Origin: a virus
Direction: 5' to 3' (one strand)
DNA: 64,000 bases
Virus record (IMG/VR): IMGVR_UViG_3300023179_008905
Span: 12,131-76,130 of that record
Shown here: positions 19,009-29,420 of the stretch, piece by piece
Layout: each line of letters opens with the position of its first letter
Numbering within the stretch: the first letter of the stretch is position 1
Notes under the pieces: model-generated
What the model saw: the letters and a program-made list of their open reading frames with translations, nothing else
Databases searched by the model: none
Told to the model about the DNA's origin: nothing
Position numbers and translations under genes: made by a program

Positions 19009-20505
19009 ATGAGTTTAGATTTACTTGTTATTCACCCCAACGCTGCTAAAAAAATTTATCAAGGGCTAAGTAAAAGTTTTTCTGCCAAAGAGCCACCCAT
19101 ATGGGCAGGGCTTATAGCTAATTACATACGTAAGCATGGTCATTCTGTACAAATTTTAGATTGTGAAGCATTAGAATATACTTTAGATGAAACACTTAGT
19201 GAAATAAGAAAACTTGATCCTAAGCTCGTGTGTACTGTAGCTTACGGTCAGCAGCCTTCAGCATCCACACAAAATATGACTGGTGCTTTAAGCTTAATGC
19301 AGAAAATTGGCGCCGAAACAAACATTCCTAGAGTTTTCTCTGGTCCTCACCCTTCATCTCTTCCTGAGCTTACTCTTAAGCAAGACCCGGGTTGCTATGT
19401 CTGTGAAGGGGAAGGCCCTAAAACAGTTTTACATCTGTTAGAAGCTATTAAAAATAATGAAAAAGATTTATCTAAAGTCCCGGGATTATGGTATAGTAGT
19501 GAAGCAGGTCCTATACGCAATGCACCAGCAACATTATTTAAAGATTTAGATAATGAACTACCTGGAGTTGCTTGGGATTTATTACCATTAGAAAAATATA
19601 GAACGGCTAATTGGCACAGTTGGACAAATAATAATAACACTCAGCCGTTTGCATCTATTTATACGAGCCTAGGCTGTCCTTTTCAATGCACGTTTTGTAT
19701 GATTAATGCTCCGTTTAACGACGGTGATATTAAGAATAATGCGTTCAGACACTGGTCTCCGGAATTTATAATTAAGCAGTTCGATTTTTTTGCAGAAAAA
19801 GGTATTAAGAATGTAAAGATAGCTGATGAAATGTTTGTTTATAAGCCTGCACATTTTATGAAGTTGTGTGAACTTATAATTGAACGTGGTTATAATTTTA
19901 ATATGTGGGCTTATGCACGTGTAGACACAATTAGAGAAAAATATCTCGAAACACTTAAAAAGGCCGGTGTAAATTGGCTGGGTATTGGTATTGAATCTGC
20001 TAATAAGCTTGTTCGTCAGGAAGTTACTAAGGGCAAGTTTCAGGAAGTTAATATTCGCGACATAGTAAAAAAGGTATCGGATTCCGGTATTTGTGTAGGT
20101 GGTAATTATATTTTCGGTCTGCCAGGTGATACACACGAAACTATGCAAGAAACGTTAGATCTCGCTTTAGACCTTAAAACAGAATATGCTAATTTTTACT
20201 GTGCTATGGCTTACCCCGGATCACAGCTTCATAGAGAAGCTGTAAAAAACCGTCCTCACGTATTACCTGAAAATAATGGAATTGGTTGGGTCGGTTATTC
20301 ACAACATGCTTTTGAAACATTTAATTTACCCACCGATAAATTAACTAATAAAGAAATTTTACAATTTAGAGATAAAGCTTTTGAAACATATTTTACTAAT
20401 CCGGACTATATAGCTAAAATGAAAGCAAAGTTTGGAGTTGCATTTGAAGAAGAATTAACTAGAATGTTAAGTATAAAGCTTGAAAGGAAGCTATTAACTG
20501 AATAA
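19009..20505 (+). CDS. cobalamin-dependent radical SAM enzyme (class B methyltransferase-like)
   Basis: N-terminal B12-binding domain (EPPIWAG...GPHPS...GEG), SLGCPFQCTFC, GIESAN, YIFGLPGDT. Confidence 0.9.
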   Translation: MSLDLLVIHPNAAKKIYQGLSKSFSAKEPPIWAGLIANYIRKHGHSVQILDCEALEYTLDETLSEIRKLDPKLVCTVAYGQQPSASTQNMTGALSLMQKIGAETNIPRVFSGPHPSSLPELTLKQDPGCYVCEGEGPKTVLHLLEAIKNNEKDLSKVPGLWYSSEAGPIRNAPATLFKDLDNELPGVAWDLLPLEKYRTANWHSWTNNNNTQPFASIYTSLGCPFQCTFCMINAPFNDGDIKNNAFRHWSPEFIIKQFDFFAEKGIKNVKIADEMFVYKPAHFMKLCELIIERGYNFNMWAYARVDTIREKYLETLKKAGVNWLGIGIESANKLVRQEVTKGKFQEVNIRDIVKKVSDSGICVGGNYIFGLPGDTHETMQETLDLALDLKTEYANFYCAMAYPGSQLHREAVKNRPHVLPENNGIGWVGYSQHAFETFNLPTDKLTNKEILQFRDKAFETYFTNPDYIAKMKAKFGVAFEEELTRMLSIKLERKLLTE

Positions 20506-20508
20506 TTT

Positions 20509-21042
20509 ATGAAAAAAGCACTAATATTAACCTGGGACGGATACCAAGATCAAGAAGTAATTTACCCTTTTTATAGGCTAAAAGAGGAAAATTTTGATAT
20601 TACTCTTTGCGCAGAAAAAGAAGGTCTATTTTATGGAATTCTTGGTACTAAAATGACTGCTAATGGTACTTGCAGTAGTATTAATACTAATAATGTACTA
20701 AACTATGATTTTCTATTGCTCCCTGGCGGTGTTAAAGCGCTAGAAAAAATCAGACAGCAAAAAAATATTTTAGACTCTATTACACACTACGTAAATTCAG
20801 GTCGAATTGTTGCTAGTACATGCCACGGTGCACAGCTATTAGTTTCTGCTAAGGTTGTTAAGGGTAGAAAGATTGCAGCATACTATAGTATTGAAGATGA
20901 TATTAATAATTCTGGTGCTATATATACACGTGAGCCAGTAGTTATTGCAGATAATATTGTCTCATCTCCACACTATGATCACATGGGCATTTGGATGAAG
21001 ACTGCAATTGAACAATACTATAAGTGGGCTGATCGTAGTTGA
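20509..21042 (+). CDS. DJ-1/PfpI family protein
   Basis: GYQDQEVIYP, LLLPGG, ASTCHGAQLL nucleophile elbow. Confidence 0.9.
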   Translation: MKKALILTWDGYQDQEVIYPFYRLKEENFDITLCAEKEGLFYGILGTKMTANGTCSSINTNNVLNYDFLLLPGGVKALEKIRQQKNILDSITHYVNSGRIVASTCHGAQLLVSAKVVKGRKIAAYYSIEDDINNSGAIYTREPVVIADNIVSSPHYDHMGIWMKTAIEQYYKWADRS

Positions 21043-21057
21043 TAGCTAAAATGGTAT

Positions 21058-21708
21058 ATGCATGATGCTACCGATTTTAGGAATTACGTTATTCCTAAAC
21101 CATGGGGTCATGAGTATATTATTTTTGAAAATAATTTCTTAAGTATTTGGTATTTGTTTATAAAAAGCGGTGCAAGCACCTCTCTTCATTGTCATCCTAA
21201 GAAAAAAACCGGGCTCGTTGTACTAGAGGGTACTGCTCGCTTTCATCTTATTGAAAGAGATTTTGAACTTCAAAGCAATCAAAAAGTTATGATAAGACCG
21301 GGCTCATTTCATAAGACAGAAAACAGAACAAATCAAAACTTGCATATTATAGAGGTTGAAACACCAAAAGATAAAGAAAACTTAGTACGAATATCTGATC
21401 TTTATGGAAGGCAGAATAAAGCGTATGAGTCTGAAACATTAAAAAGAACTAATGAGTTTTTTATTCCTAATGATAGCTTTTTAAAATTAGAATTTTTAAA
21501 TAATAGTTTTGAAATTGTTTCTAATTTAATAACCCTTAACCCTAATGATTCGGATTTATTAGTTGTGTTAAGCCCTACCCTTTTTAAGCACCATGATCAT
21601 GATTTATGTCCCGTAGGTGAAATTTTATCAGGTAAAACTTTTAAAAAATTGGCAATCGATTATACTATTGCTAAAAATGCACAAATACTTAAAATCTGTC
21701 ACTTATGA
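21058..21708 (+). CDS. cupin (mannose-6-phosphate isomerase type II C-terminal-like)
   Basis: KPWGHE, TSLHCHPKK, PGSFH, IIEVET, LVRISDLYGR. Confidence 0.8.
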   Translation: MHDATDFRNYVIPKPWGHEYIIFENNFLSIWYLFIKSGASTSLHCHPKKKTGLVVLEGTARFHLIERDFELQSNQKVMIRPGSFHKTENRTNQNLHIIEVETPKDKENLVRISDLYGRQNKAYESETLKRTNEFFIPNDSFLKLEFLNNSFEIVSNLITLNPNDSDLLVVLSPTLFKHHDHDLCPVGEILSGKTFKKLAIDYTIAKNAQILKICHL

Positions 21709-22193
21709 TACTTGACTATGATACTATTATTTTAGATTTAGATGATACTGTATGGCACGGTAGTGAAAAAAATATTTGGGCTAAGACATTAAGAGGTCAA
21801 ATAACATTACAAAATGTAAATGATCAGAAAAGAGTATATGATGAAACGGGAAGATACCTATATCTTGACAAGGATATAGTTGTTTTTTTAAATAAATTAA
21901 AAAACGACTTTAAGCGAATTGAATTTATATCGCGCGGTATGCTGCCTTGTATTTCTTTTGATAAACAACCATCGATAATTGCTCTTAAATATTTTGACAT
22001 TTTTCATTTGTTTGATAAGCGTACTTTATTGTATAAGAACGAAAATAAAGGCCATCACATTATTTCTACCGGCAAAACAATTTTTATTGACGATAATGAT
22101 ATAGATGTCAATCGAGTGCAAAAATTACATAAAAATATTACTTGCATTAACAGAAATATATTTGATAATTGGATGCATCTTTATGAACGATAA
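21705..22193 (+). CDS. HAD-superfamily phosphatase (MDP-1-like)
   Basis: IILDLDDTVW motif I, FIDDN motif IV. Confidence 0.75.
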   Translation: MILDYDTIILDLDDTVWHGSEKNIWAKTLRGQITLQNVNDQKRVYDETGRYLYLDKDIVVFLNKLKNDFKRIEFISRGMLPCISFDKQPSIIALKYFDIFHLFDKRTLLYKNENKGHHIISTGKTIFIDDNDIDVNRVQKLHKNITCINRNIFDNWMHLYER

Positions 22194-23034
22194 CGAAAGA
22201 TTACAAATTTTTTCTGAAGCATGTAAATGCAGAGCGTTTGAAGAAATAGTATATAAGTATATAGAAAATAAAACATTTAAGTATCCTCTTTATCTTTCAG
22301 CTGGAGAAGAGTATATTGCATGCTCAGTTGCACATTTTACTAAGAAATATTCTCCATATATATTTGCACAACACCGTGCACATAGCACGTATCTGGCGTT
22401 TGGTGGTGTAATACAAGAATTAATTGATGAGCTTTTAGGTAGGCCAACAGGTTGTTGTAAGGGTATGGGTGGATCAGCTTCTATACAATCAAAACATATA
22501 AAAATGTTTGGTCATGATGGTCTTATGGGCAGTCAAGTACCTATTGCTGTTGGTGCATGTCATGCTAATAGACACTTTACTGTTGCTATTATGGGCGATG
22601 CTGCAGCAGAAGAAGATTACGTAATGTCTGCTATAGCTTGGGCAGGCACTAAAAAGCTTCCTATTCTTTTTGTAATAGAAGATAATAATTTATCTATTTT
22701 AACAAAGAAGAATGTTAGACGTAACTGGAGTATGGTAGATTTTGCAAAGTCTGTTAATGTTAATGCAGCTGAAATTAGCGATGAGCCTACAAGCTTTGAG
22801 TCATGGTTAAGCGAAGAAAAGTTATTTAACAATTTACCGCTACTACTTAATGTAAATACAGATAGATTATATTGGCATGCAAATGCTGGCATCGATGTAT
22901 ACGAAAAAGTAGATAGATTTACAGAAGAGAAATTTGCACTAGAGAAGATTTTTGGAGATAAACCACTTTTAATGTTTAATGAAACAAAACATGAACTGGA
23001 GAAAATATGGCAAAAAACCTTAGAGATACAATAA
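22183..23034 (+). CDS. TPP-dependent dehydrogenase E1 alpha-like subunit
   Basis: YLSAGEE, QHRAH, GMGGSAS, GDAA...EDNNLSI TPP motif; ATG 22183 preferred. Confidence 0.85.
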   Translation: MNDNERLQIFSEACKCRAFEEIVYKYIENKTFKYPLYLSAGEEYIACSVAHFTKKYSPYIFAQHRAHSTYLAFGGVIQELIDELLGRPTGCCKGMGGSASIQSKHIKMFGHDGLMGSQVPIAVGACHANRHFTVAIMGDAAAEEDYVMSAIAWAGTKKLPILFVIEDNNLSILTKKNVRRNWSMVDFAKSVNVNAAEISDEPTSFESWLSEEKLFNNLPLLLNVNTDRLYWHANAGIDVYEKVDRFTEEKFALEKIFGDKPLLMFNETKHELEKIWQKTLEIQ

Positions 23035-23909
23035 AAGAAATTTCTGCTTATCATCTGAGTAAAGGTAACAAACTTTACGGTCAATGTCTTACTGCTGTTG
23101 GCTGGGTTAACGGTACAGTACCAGAATTAACAGAAGAACAGGGTATAGTTGAGCTATCTATGGCTGATGTTATGGCAGGTGGGATTGTTACGGGCGCAGC
23201 ACTAGCTGGTCAGCGACCTATTTACGTAGTACGCTATCAAGGATTTCAATGGTTTAATGCACCTATTATAGCTAATTATGCTGGTAAGAGTAAGGACATT
23301 TGGGGGATATCTTGTCCAGTGTTTATTAGATCTATTGCTATGGAAGGCGGTATAGGACCGGTTGCCGGTTCATCACACCATGGAATTTATTATCGTATGC
23401 CGGGTGTAAAGATAGCTTCACCTATGACACCTTTTGAGTATGAAGAAGTGTACAATTCGTTTATGCTAGACGATATGCCTTACTATGTAAGTGAGCATAG
23501 AAAAAGTTATGAGTGCGATTATCGTTTAGAAGATATTGAATATGAAAATCCGGATATTTGTTTATTCCCGTTTTCTATTACTAGATTTGAATCAGTTAAA
23601 GCATCACAATCGCTAGCTAAACAAGGCATAAAAGTCAATGTATACCACCAGCTTTGGATTAACCCCTTATTAATATCTGAGAACCAAAAAGATCAATTAA
23701 AGAAATCAAAATACGGCGGTATTGTTTTAGATGACGATTATCCGAATGGTATAGCCAAACAAGTTGCTTATGAGTTGATGCTTGAGACAAACAAGCCAGT
23801 TAGAACTTTATGTATTAAAGAAAAGACAGCCGGCTTTCAGCCTGAGGACGACAACATGCCACCTACATCTATTGAAATTGAAGAATATATACTTAAATTA
23901 CTAAAATAA
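23007..23909 (+). CDS. TPP-dependent dehydrogenase E1 beta/transketolase C-terminal-like subunit
   Basis: GAALAGQRPIYV, MPGVKIASPMTP, YYVSEHR; coupled to the alpha subunit. Confidence 0.85.
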   Translation: MAKNLRDTIKEISAYHLSKGNKLYGQCLTAVGWVNGTVPELTEEQGIVELSMADVMAGGIVTGAALAGQRPIYVVRYQGFQWFNAPIIANYAGKSKDIWGISCPVFIRSIAMEGGIGPVAGSSHHGIYYRMPGVKIASPMTPFEYEEVYNSFMLDDMPYYVSEHRKSYECDYRLEDIEYENPDICLFPFSITRFESVKASQSLAKQGIKVNVYHQLWINPLLISENQKDQLKKSKYGGIVLDDDYPNGIAKQVAYELMLETNKPVRTLCIKEKTAGFQPEDDNMPPTSIEIEEYILKLLK

Positions 23910-25129
23910 TGAGCGCTGAAAAGTATTTGTTGATGGATGATAATATAACTCGTAATGATATTAACGAAGTTATAAAATTCCTACAACAAGACCCTTTGCC
24001 GCAGCTAACAAACGGACCAAAGGTACGAGAGTTTGAGCAAGCTTGGTCTAAGTGGTTAGGGGTAAAATATAGCGTTTTTGTCAATTCAGGTACTATTGCA
24101 AATCAGCTAACTATGCTATTAGTACGCTATCTAAATAATAATAAAAACTTTTCACCACGAGTTATTGTTCCCCCGCTTACATGGGTTTCCGATATTGCAT
24201 CAACATTGCAAAATGGTATCGAGCCTGTATTTTGTGATATAAATTTCTCTAACCTTAGCTTTGATAATAAAAAGCTTTTGCAAAAAATAGAAAAAATAAA
24301 ACAAGATACTGGTGAATACCCAGCAGCAATTTTTCTTACACATATTTTAGGGCTTAATGGACTTACTGATTATATTATTAACCTTTGTAAAGATAATAAT
24401 ATTTTGCTTATTGAAGATGTCTGTGAATCGCATGGAACGACTTTTAAAGGCCATAAAGTCGGTACTTTTGGAGATGTAAGTAATTTTAGTTTTTATTTTG
24501 CACATCACATGTCAACCATAGAAGGCGGTATTATTTGTACAAACAATGAACATTATTACAATTTGTTAAGAGCATTTAGATCTCATGGTATGGTGCGTGA
24601 ATGTGATAGTTTAGAATTTAAAAATGATATTATTAAACAAAATCCTCAATTAAATTCTGATTTTATTTTTCTTGCGCCAGCTTTTAATGCTCGTAGTACA
24701 GAAATTAATGCTGTGCTAGGATTATCACAACTCAAAAAACTAGATAATAATAATGAGATTAGAAGACAAAATTTTGATTATTTTATTTCTAATTTGGATG
24801 GTGAAAAATATATTAAAACATTTGACATTACAGGACAATGTAATTACGCATTTATTGTAATTCTTAAAAACGGCAATATTGAAAAGCGTAATAAAGTAGA
24901 AGCTGTTTTAAAACAGAACAATATTGAATTTCGTAGAGGTCTTTCCGGGGGCGGCAGTCAAATTCAACAACCATATTTAAGAAATTTTTATAAAAATTAT
25001 TCTCAAATAAATTTATATGAATTCGACGTTATGAATTATATTCATGATCATTCCTGGTATATTGGTAATTATCCTACACTTAAGAAAGAAAAAATAGATA
25101 GTCTTCTAAGCATCTTAAACGGTGTTTAA
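23909..25129 (+). CDS. DegT/DnrJ PLP enzyme (NDP-4-keto-6-deoxyhexose 3-dehydratase-like)
   Basis: FVNSGTIAN, IEDVCESHG, FSFYFAHHMSTIEGG; His in place of the Schiff-base Lys, as in ColD/E1-type dehydratases. Confidence 0.85.
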   Translation: MSAEKYLLMDDNITRNDINEVIKFLQQDPLPQLTNGPKVREFEQAWSKWLGVKYSVFVNSGTIANQLTMLLVRYLNNNKNFSPRVIVPPLTWVSDIASTLQNGIEPVFCDINFSNLSFDNKKLLQKIEKIKQDTGEYPAAIFLTHILGLNGLTDYIINLCKDNNILLIEDVCESHGTTFKGHKVGTFGDVSNFSFYFAHHMSTIEGGIICTNNEHYYNLLRAFRSHGMVRECDSLEFKNDIIKQNPQLNSDFIFLAPAFNARSTEINAVLGLSQLKKLDNNNEIRRQNFDYFISNLDGEKYIKTFDITGQCNYAFIVILKNGNIEKRNKVEAVLKQNNIEFRRGLSGGGSQIQQPYLRNFYKNYSQINLYEFDVMNYIHDHSWYIGNYPTLKKEKIDSLLSILNGV

Positions 25130-25134
25130 TCATT

Positions 25135-26058
25135 ATGAAATACCTAGTGGTATTTAATACATGCGAACTTAAGGGACCGAATTTTAAGTGGTATGAATCC
25201 TGTTTAGATAATCTCCTCAAAGTAAAATCAGATCAATATGAATACGATATTGCGGTTTCTGGTTGCATGATAACACCCGATACACAAGAAAAACTGTTAA
25301 AAAAATATAAAAATAAAATAATCTTTAATTTTATAGAATGTAAGCTTACGGTAAATGTGACTTTTAATCATACAATTAATAAAATAGTTGAGCAACGCGG
25401 CAGATATGATGGGTATGTATATTTTGATTCTGGTGTTAATATTAATGACAATTTACATTATCTTGACGAAATACATTCTCGCTTTGCTACTAAAAAATAT
25501 GGTATGGTAACGCTACAGACCGATACCGATACAGGTTTTTATTTTCTTGGATTGTATGGTTATTTTTACGACCACGATTACATTGTACCAGTTGGCAAGG
25601 CATGTAATCTACATGTAACTTGTTTTAGCGATAAGCTTCTTCAATACTATAACAAACTTATACCTGATATATTTTTAGCTTATTGTACAGAATCGGTTTT
25701 TAGCTTTTTAAATGCGGCATTAAATTTGCGTTGGATTATTGTAAAAGATCTTATTTTGGAGCACAAAAAATCTATTGATGGCGCTTCTGCTGGATTTGAT
25801 CATGTAGGAAAAAAGGAGCACTGGAATAATCTTTACGGTGGTCTAGATATGCTTGATATTATTAAAGACCCAGAAGCAAGAAGATTAGGTCTAGGATATG
25901 AAGAGATTAATCACATCATGATGCATGATGTTGAAGCATTTACACACTACGGACATGCTAAAAATAATGGGTTAAAAGACTATATAAAAGAAAAACTTTT
26001 TCTAAAAGATAGAATGCTTAACTATAATCATATTCCTTTTAAATTTTATAATATTTAG
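25135..26058 (+). CDS. putative GT-A-fold glycosyltransferase, paralog 1
   Basis: YVYFDSG, CTESVFSFLNAAL; glycan-island context; near-duplicate of the next gene. Confidence 0.55.
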   Translation: MKYLVVFNTCELKGPNFKWYESCLDNLLKVKSDQYEYDIAVSGCMITPDTQEKLLKKYKNKIIFNFIECKLTVNVTFNHTINKIVEQRGRYDGYVYFDSGVNINDNLHYLDEIHSRFATKKYGMVTLQTDTDTGFYFLGLYGYFYDHDYIVPVGKACNLHVTCFSDKLLQYYNKLIPDIFLAYCTESVFSFLNAALNLRWIIVKDLILEHKKSIDGASAGFDHVGKKEHWNNLYGGLDMLDIIKDPEARRLGLGYEEINHIMMHDVEAFTHYGHAKNNGLKDYIKEKLFLKDRMLNYNHIPFKFYNI

Positions 26059-26086
26059 TATTTCTTTTTTGATAAATATATTAAGT

Positions 26087-27013
26087 ATGAAATACTTAGG
26101 AGTATATAACATTTGTGAACGTAAGCATAAAAATTATGAGTGGTATGAGTCATGCATAGATAATCTTTTAAGAGTAAAATCTGATCAATATGATTACGAT
26201 ATTGCGGTCTCCGGGTGCATGGTTTCAGCCGAAACGCAAGAAAAATTGTTAGCTCGCTACAAAGATAAAGTTTTTTTATACTTTACAGATGAAAATTTTA
26301 CAGTTAATGTTACCTTTAATCATGCTGTAAATAAAATTGTCGAAGAAAAGGGAAGATATGATGGTTACATTTATTTTGATTCAGGAATTAACATTCACGA
26401 TAATATAAACTATCTAGATGAAATACATTCAAGATTTGTAACTGGTGAATTTGGTATGGTCACCGTACAGACCGACACAGATACAGGGTTTCATTTTGTA
26501 GGGAGATCTAACAGCCATTTTCGTGATGAGGATTATATAATACCTGTTGGTAAAGCTGTAAATTTACATGTAACTTGCTTTAATGATAAATTGCTGCAAT
26601 ATTACGGAAAAGTAATACCCGATATATTTTTAGCATATTGCACAGAATCGGTTTTTAGCTTTCTTAATGCTGCATTACATTTAAAATGGGTCATTGTAAA
26701 AGATCTTATTGTCGCTCACAAGGCTGTTGATGGCGGTTCTTCCGGGTTTTGTCATTACGGTAAAAAGTCTTGTCCGTGGAACAACGTCTTCGGCGATTTA
26801 GATATGAACGATATTATTAATGATCCGGAAGCAAAAAGATTGGGACTGGGGTATGAAGAAATCGGCAATGTAATGATCCATGATGAAAATGCTTTTACTT
26901 CTGAAGGTTTTGCCAAGTATGATGAGCTTAAAGTTTACATAAAAGAAAAACTCTATTTATCAAAACAAATGCTGGACTATGATAAAATTGAGTTTAAATT
27001 TTATAGTAAATGA
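26087..27013 (+). CDS. putative GT-A-fold glycosyltransferase, paralog 2
   Basis: Collinear with 25135-26058; ATG 26087 follows a TAAATA box. Confidence 0.55.
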   Translation: MKYLGVYNICERKHKNYEWYESCIDNLLRVKSDQYDYDIAVSGCMVSAETQEKLLARYKDKVFLYFTDENFTVNVTFNHAVNKIVEEKGRYDGYIYFDSGINIHDNINYLDEIHSRFVTGEFGMVTVQTDTDTGFHFVGRSNSHFRDEDYIIPVGKAVNLHVTCFNDKLLQYYGKVIPDIFLAYCTESVFSFLNAALHLKWVIVKDLIVAHKAVDGGSSGFCHYGKKSCPWNNVFGDLDMNDIINDPEAKRLGLGYEEIGNVMIHDENAFTSEGFAKYDELKVYIKEKLYLSKQMLDYDKIEFKFYSK

Positions 27014-27714
27014 AGTTTAGTATTCTTGTCCCTACTAGAAAAAGAGTTAAGAATATAAAAAATTTAGTTCAGTCGGTATATTCTACAACTAAAAATCTTA
27101 ACAATATAGAATTATTGTTTTATGTTGACAAAGATGACATTGAAACTCAAAATTTTTTTGATCAAGAGAAAGTAAAGCCTAGGTTTACACATCTTATATC
27201 TACAAAAGTTATTGTACAAGAAAGACAGCCTACATTTGGTGAAACAAATAATGTTCTCTATAGAGCTAGTACAGGTGATATTATAATGATGGCTGCTGAT
27301 GATGTATGCTTTAGGACACAAAATTGGGATGAAATTGTTGCTAGTGAATTTGAGAAATATCCCGATAATATTGCTCTTGTTTTTGGTTATGATGGTATTC
27401 AGCCTCCTGGTACTTTAGCCACACACAGCTTTGTATCTAGAAAAGCTATAGATATATTAGGTTATGTTACGCCAAGCGATTTTGGCTATAACTATGCTGA
27501 TAATTGGATTACAGAAATCTATAGACAAGTCAATAGATTAATTTATATACCGGTATACTTTGAACATTGTCATTGGGGAATTGGGAAAGCTCCTTTTGAT
27601 GAGACATATGAACGCGGCTCTCATGCACCGCATGATAACAGTATAAAAATTTGGGAAGATAAAGCTCGTTTAAATAGAGATATTGAACGTTTAAAATTAC
27701 ACATAAATAAATAA
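27010..27714 (+). CDS. glycosyltransferase family 2
   Basis: FSILVPTRKR, YVDKDD, MMAADDVCF, YADNW, EHCH. Confidence 0.85.
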   Translation: MKFSILVPTRKRVKNIKNLVQSVYSTTKNLNNIELLFYVDKDDIETQNFFDQEKVKPRFTHLISTKVIVQERQPTFGETNNVLYRASTGDIIMMAADDVCFRTQNWDEIVASEFEKYPDNIALVFGYDGIQPPGTLATHSFVSRKAIDILGYVTPSDFGYNYADNWITEIYRQVNRLIYIPVYFEHCHWGIGKAPFDETYERGSHAPHDNSIKIWEDKARLNRDIERLKLHINK

Positions 27715-27716
27715 TA

Positions 27717-28469
27717 ATGCTTACTAAGCCTGTTCTTATTATAGGTGATTCCTGTAAAGATGCCTTTATATATTGTAAGTGCGATAGATTATGTCCAGAA
27801 GCACCTGTACCTGTGCTCGATATTATAGAAAAAAGACATAACGGAGGGATGGCTATGAACGTATTTAAAAATTTTAAAAAGCTCTATAAAAATGTAGAAA
27901 TAGTTACTAATAAAAATTGGAGCAGGATTACAAAAACCAGATATATGGATATTAAAACAAACCATATGTTTATAAGAATAGATCATTGTGAAAATAATAA
28001 CTTTACCTTTAAAAATATTAAAAATAAAATTAATTTTAAAAACTATTCAGCAGTAATAATAAGCGATTATGACAAAGGATTTTTATCTACTGAAGATATT
28101 CAATATATTTCAAAAAATCATGAATTAACTTTTTTAGATACCAAAAAGATTCTCGGCGAATGGGCTAAAAATATTACTTTTATTAAAATTAACAGAAACG
28201 AATTTGATATTTCTTTTGATTCAATAAAACATTTACCTAATATTTTAAATAAAATTATAAAAACTCTAGGTAAAGACGGTGCAGAATATAAAAATAAAGT
28301 CTACCCTGTAAAAGAGGTTGAAATAAAAGACTTATCTGGAGCTGGAGATACATTTATTGCCAGTCTCGTATACGGCTATTTAACAACAAGAGATATAGAA
28401 AAATCTATTGAACTTGCAAATAACCACGCCACAATAGTAGTACAAAAAAGAGGCGTCACTACCATATAG
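27717..28469 (+). CDS. PfkB sugar kinase, RfaE/HldE domain I-like
   Basis: IGDSCKD...RLCPEAPVPV, GGMAMNV, ISDYDKG, DLSGAGDTF. Confidence 0.85.
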   Translation: MLTKPVLIIGDSCKDAFIYCKCDRLCPEAPVPVLDIIEKRHNGGMAMNVFKNFKKLYKNVEIVTNKNWSRITKTRYMDIKTNHMFIRIDHCENNNFTFKNIKNKINFKNYSAVIISDYDKGFLSTEDIQYISKNHELTFLDTKKILGEWAKNITFIKINRNEFDISFDSIKHLPNILNKIIKTLGKDGAEYKNKVYPVKEVEIKDLSGAGDTFIASLVYGYLTTRDIEKSIELANNHATIVVQKRGVTTI

Positions 28470-28493
28470 TAACGCTCTCTAGGCATTTAAAAA

Positions 28494-29420
28494 ATGATAA
28501 AGATATACGTATATCCAAATGCTCGTAAACCATTTGAACATGATACCTTAGACTTTAATTATAATACTACTGTTTTTTCTGAAAAAGGAATTAAGGATCA
28601 TTGTACATTAGTATCTCCGGAAGAGGCGGAGCTATTTTATATGGGTCAAATATCCTGCGGTACATATACTGAATTTAGCGAATCTGATTTTAAATACTTA
28701 AAAAATAATTACACCAAGCACGTTGTAGAAATAGAAGGAGATTGGTATCAAAAGCGTATACCCTCCTGGCTCTTAGATTGTAACTGCGTTGGAAATGGCA
28801 ATAGAACTTATTATTATCCGAGATTATTTTTTACAAGGCCTTGTTTAAGTAGATTGTTAGTTTATTTAGCAAAAAATAATATTGAATATGATATTGATTT
28901 ACCGGAGCAAATTTCTTTTGGATTTATCGGTCAACATGATCCATATCATACTAGAATTAAAACTTATAATATTTTAAAATCTAATAACATTAATCATGAA
29001 ATTTATTTTAATGAAAAATGGAGCGCTCAAGTAGATCTTAAGAAAGATAATCAAATTATACAAAATTTTGCAGGTGTTCTTAAAAGAAATATTTTATCTT
29101 TATGTCCTCGTGGAGTTGGTGAAGATAGCTCAAGGTTTTACGAAACATGTTTTTTTGGTAGAGTACCGGTCATTATAGGCCATTGTAAAATAATGGATGA
29201 AGATAAATTAGAAGATAAATTTTTTTACAGAATTAATCCTGATTTACCCGACGATAAGCTTTTAGAAGAGCTTAACAAAATTTACAGCACACCTTTAGAA
29301 GAATTAAAGAAAAAATGTTATCAAGCTAAAGAGTATTTTAATAACAATGTAAAAAAATATTTTGAAGACCCCACAAAATATTATTTAACTTTTTTAAATT
29401 TTAATGAAAAAAATAGCTAA
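28494..29420 (+). CDS. exostosin/GT47-like glycosyltransferase
   Basis: KIYVYP start; LSLCPRGVGEDSSRFYETCFFGRVPVII. Confidence 0.7.
   Translation: MIKIYVYPNARKPFEHDTLDFNYNTTVFSEKGIKDHCTLVSPEEAELFYMGQISCGTYTEFSESDFKYLKNNYTKHVVEIEGDWYQKRIPSWLLDCNCVGNGNRTYYYPRLFFTRPCLSRLLVYLAKNNIEYDIDLPEQISFGFIGQHDPYHTRIKTYNILKSNNINHEIYFNEKWSAQVDLKKDNQIIQNFAGVLKRNILSLCPRGVGEDSSRFYETCFFGRVPVIIGHCKIMDEDKLEDKFFYRINPDLPDDKLLEELNKIYSTPLEELKKKCYQAKEYFNNNVKKYFEDPTKYYLTFLNFNEKNS

Noticed and set aside
22183-23909. Pyruvate dehydrogenase as an auxiliary energy-metabolism gene
   Set aside because: No E2/E3 nearby, and the pair is embedded among nucleotide-sugar enzymes; branched-sugar synthesis fits better
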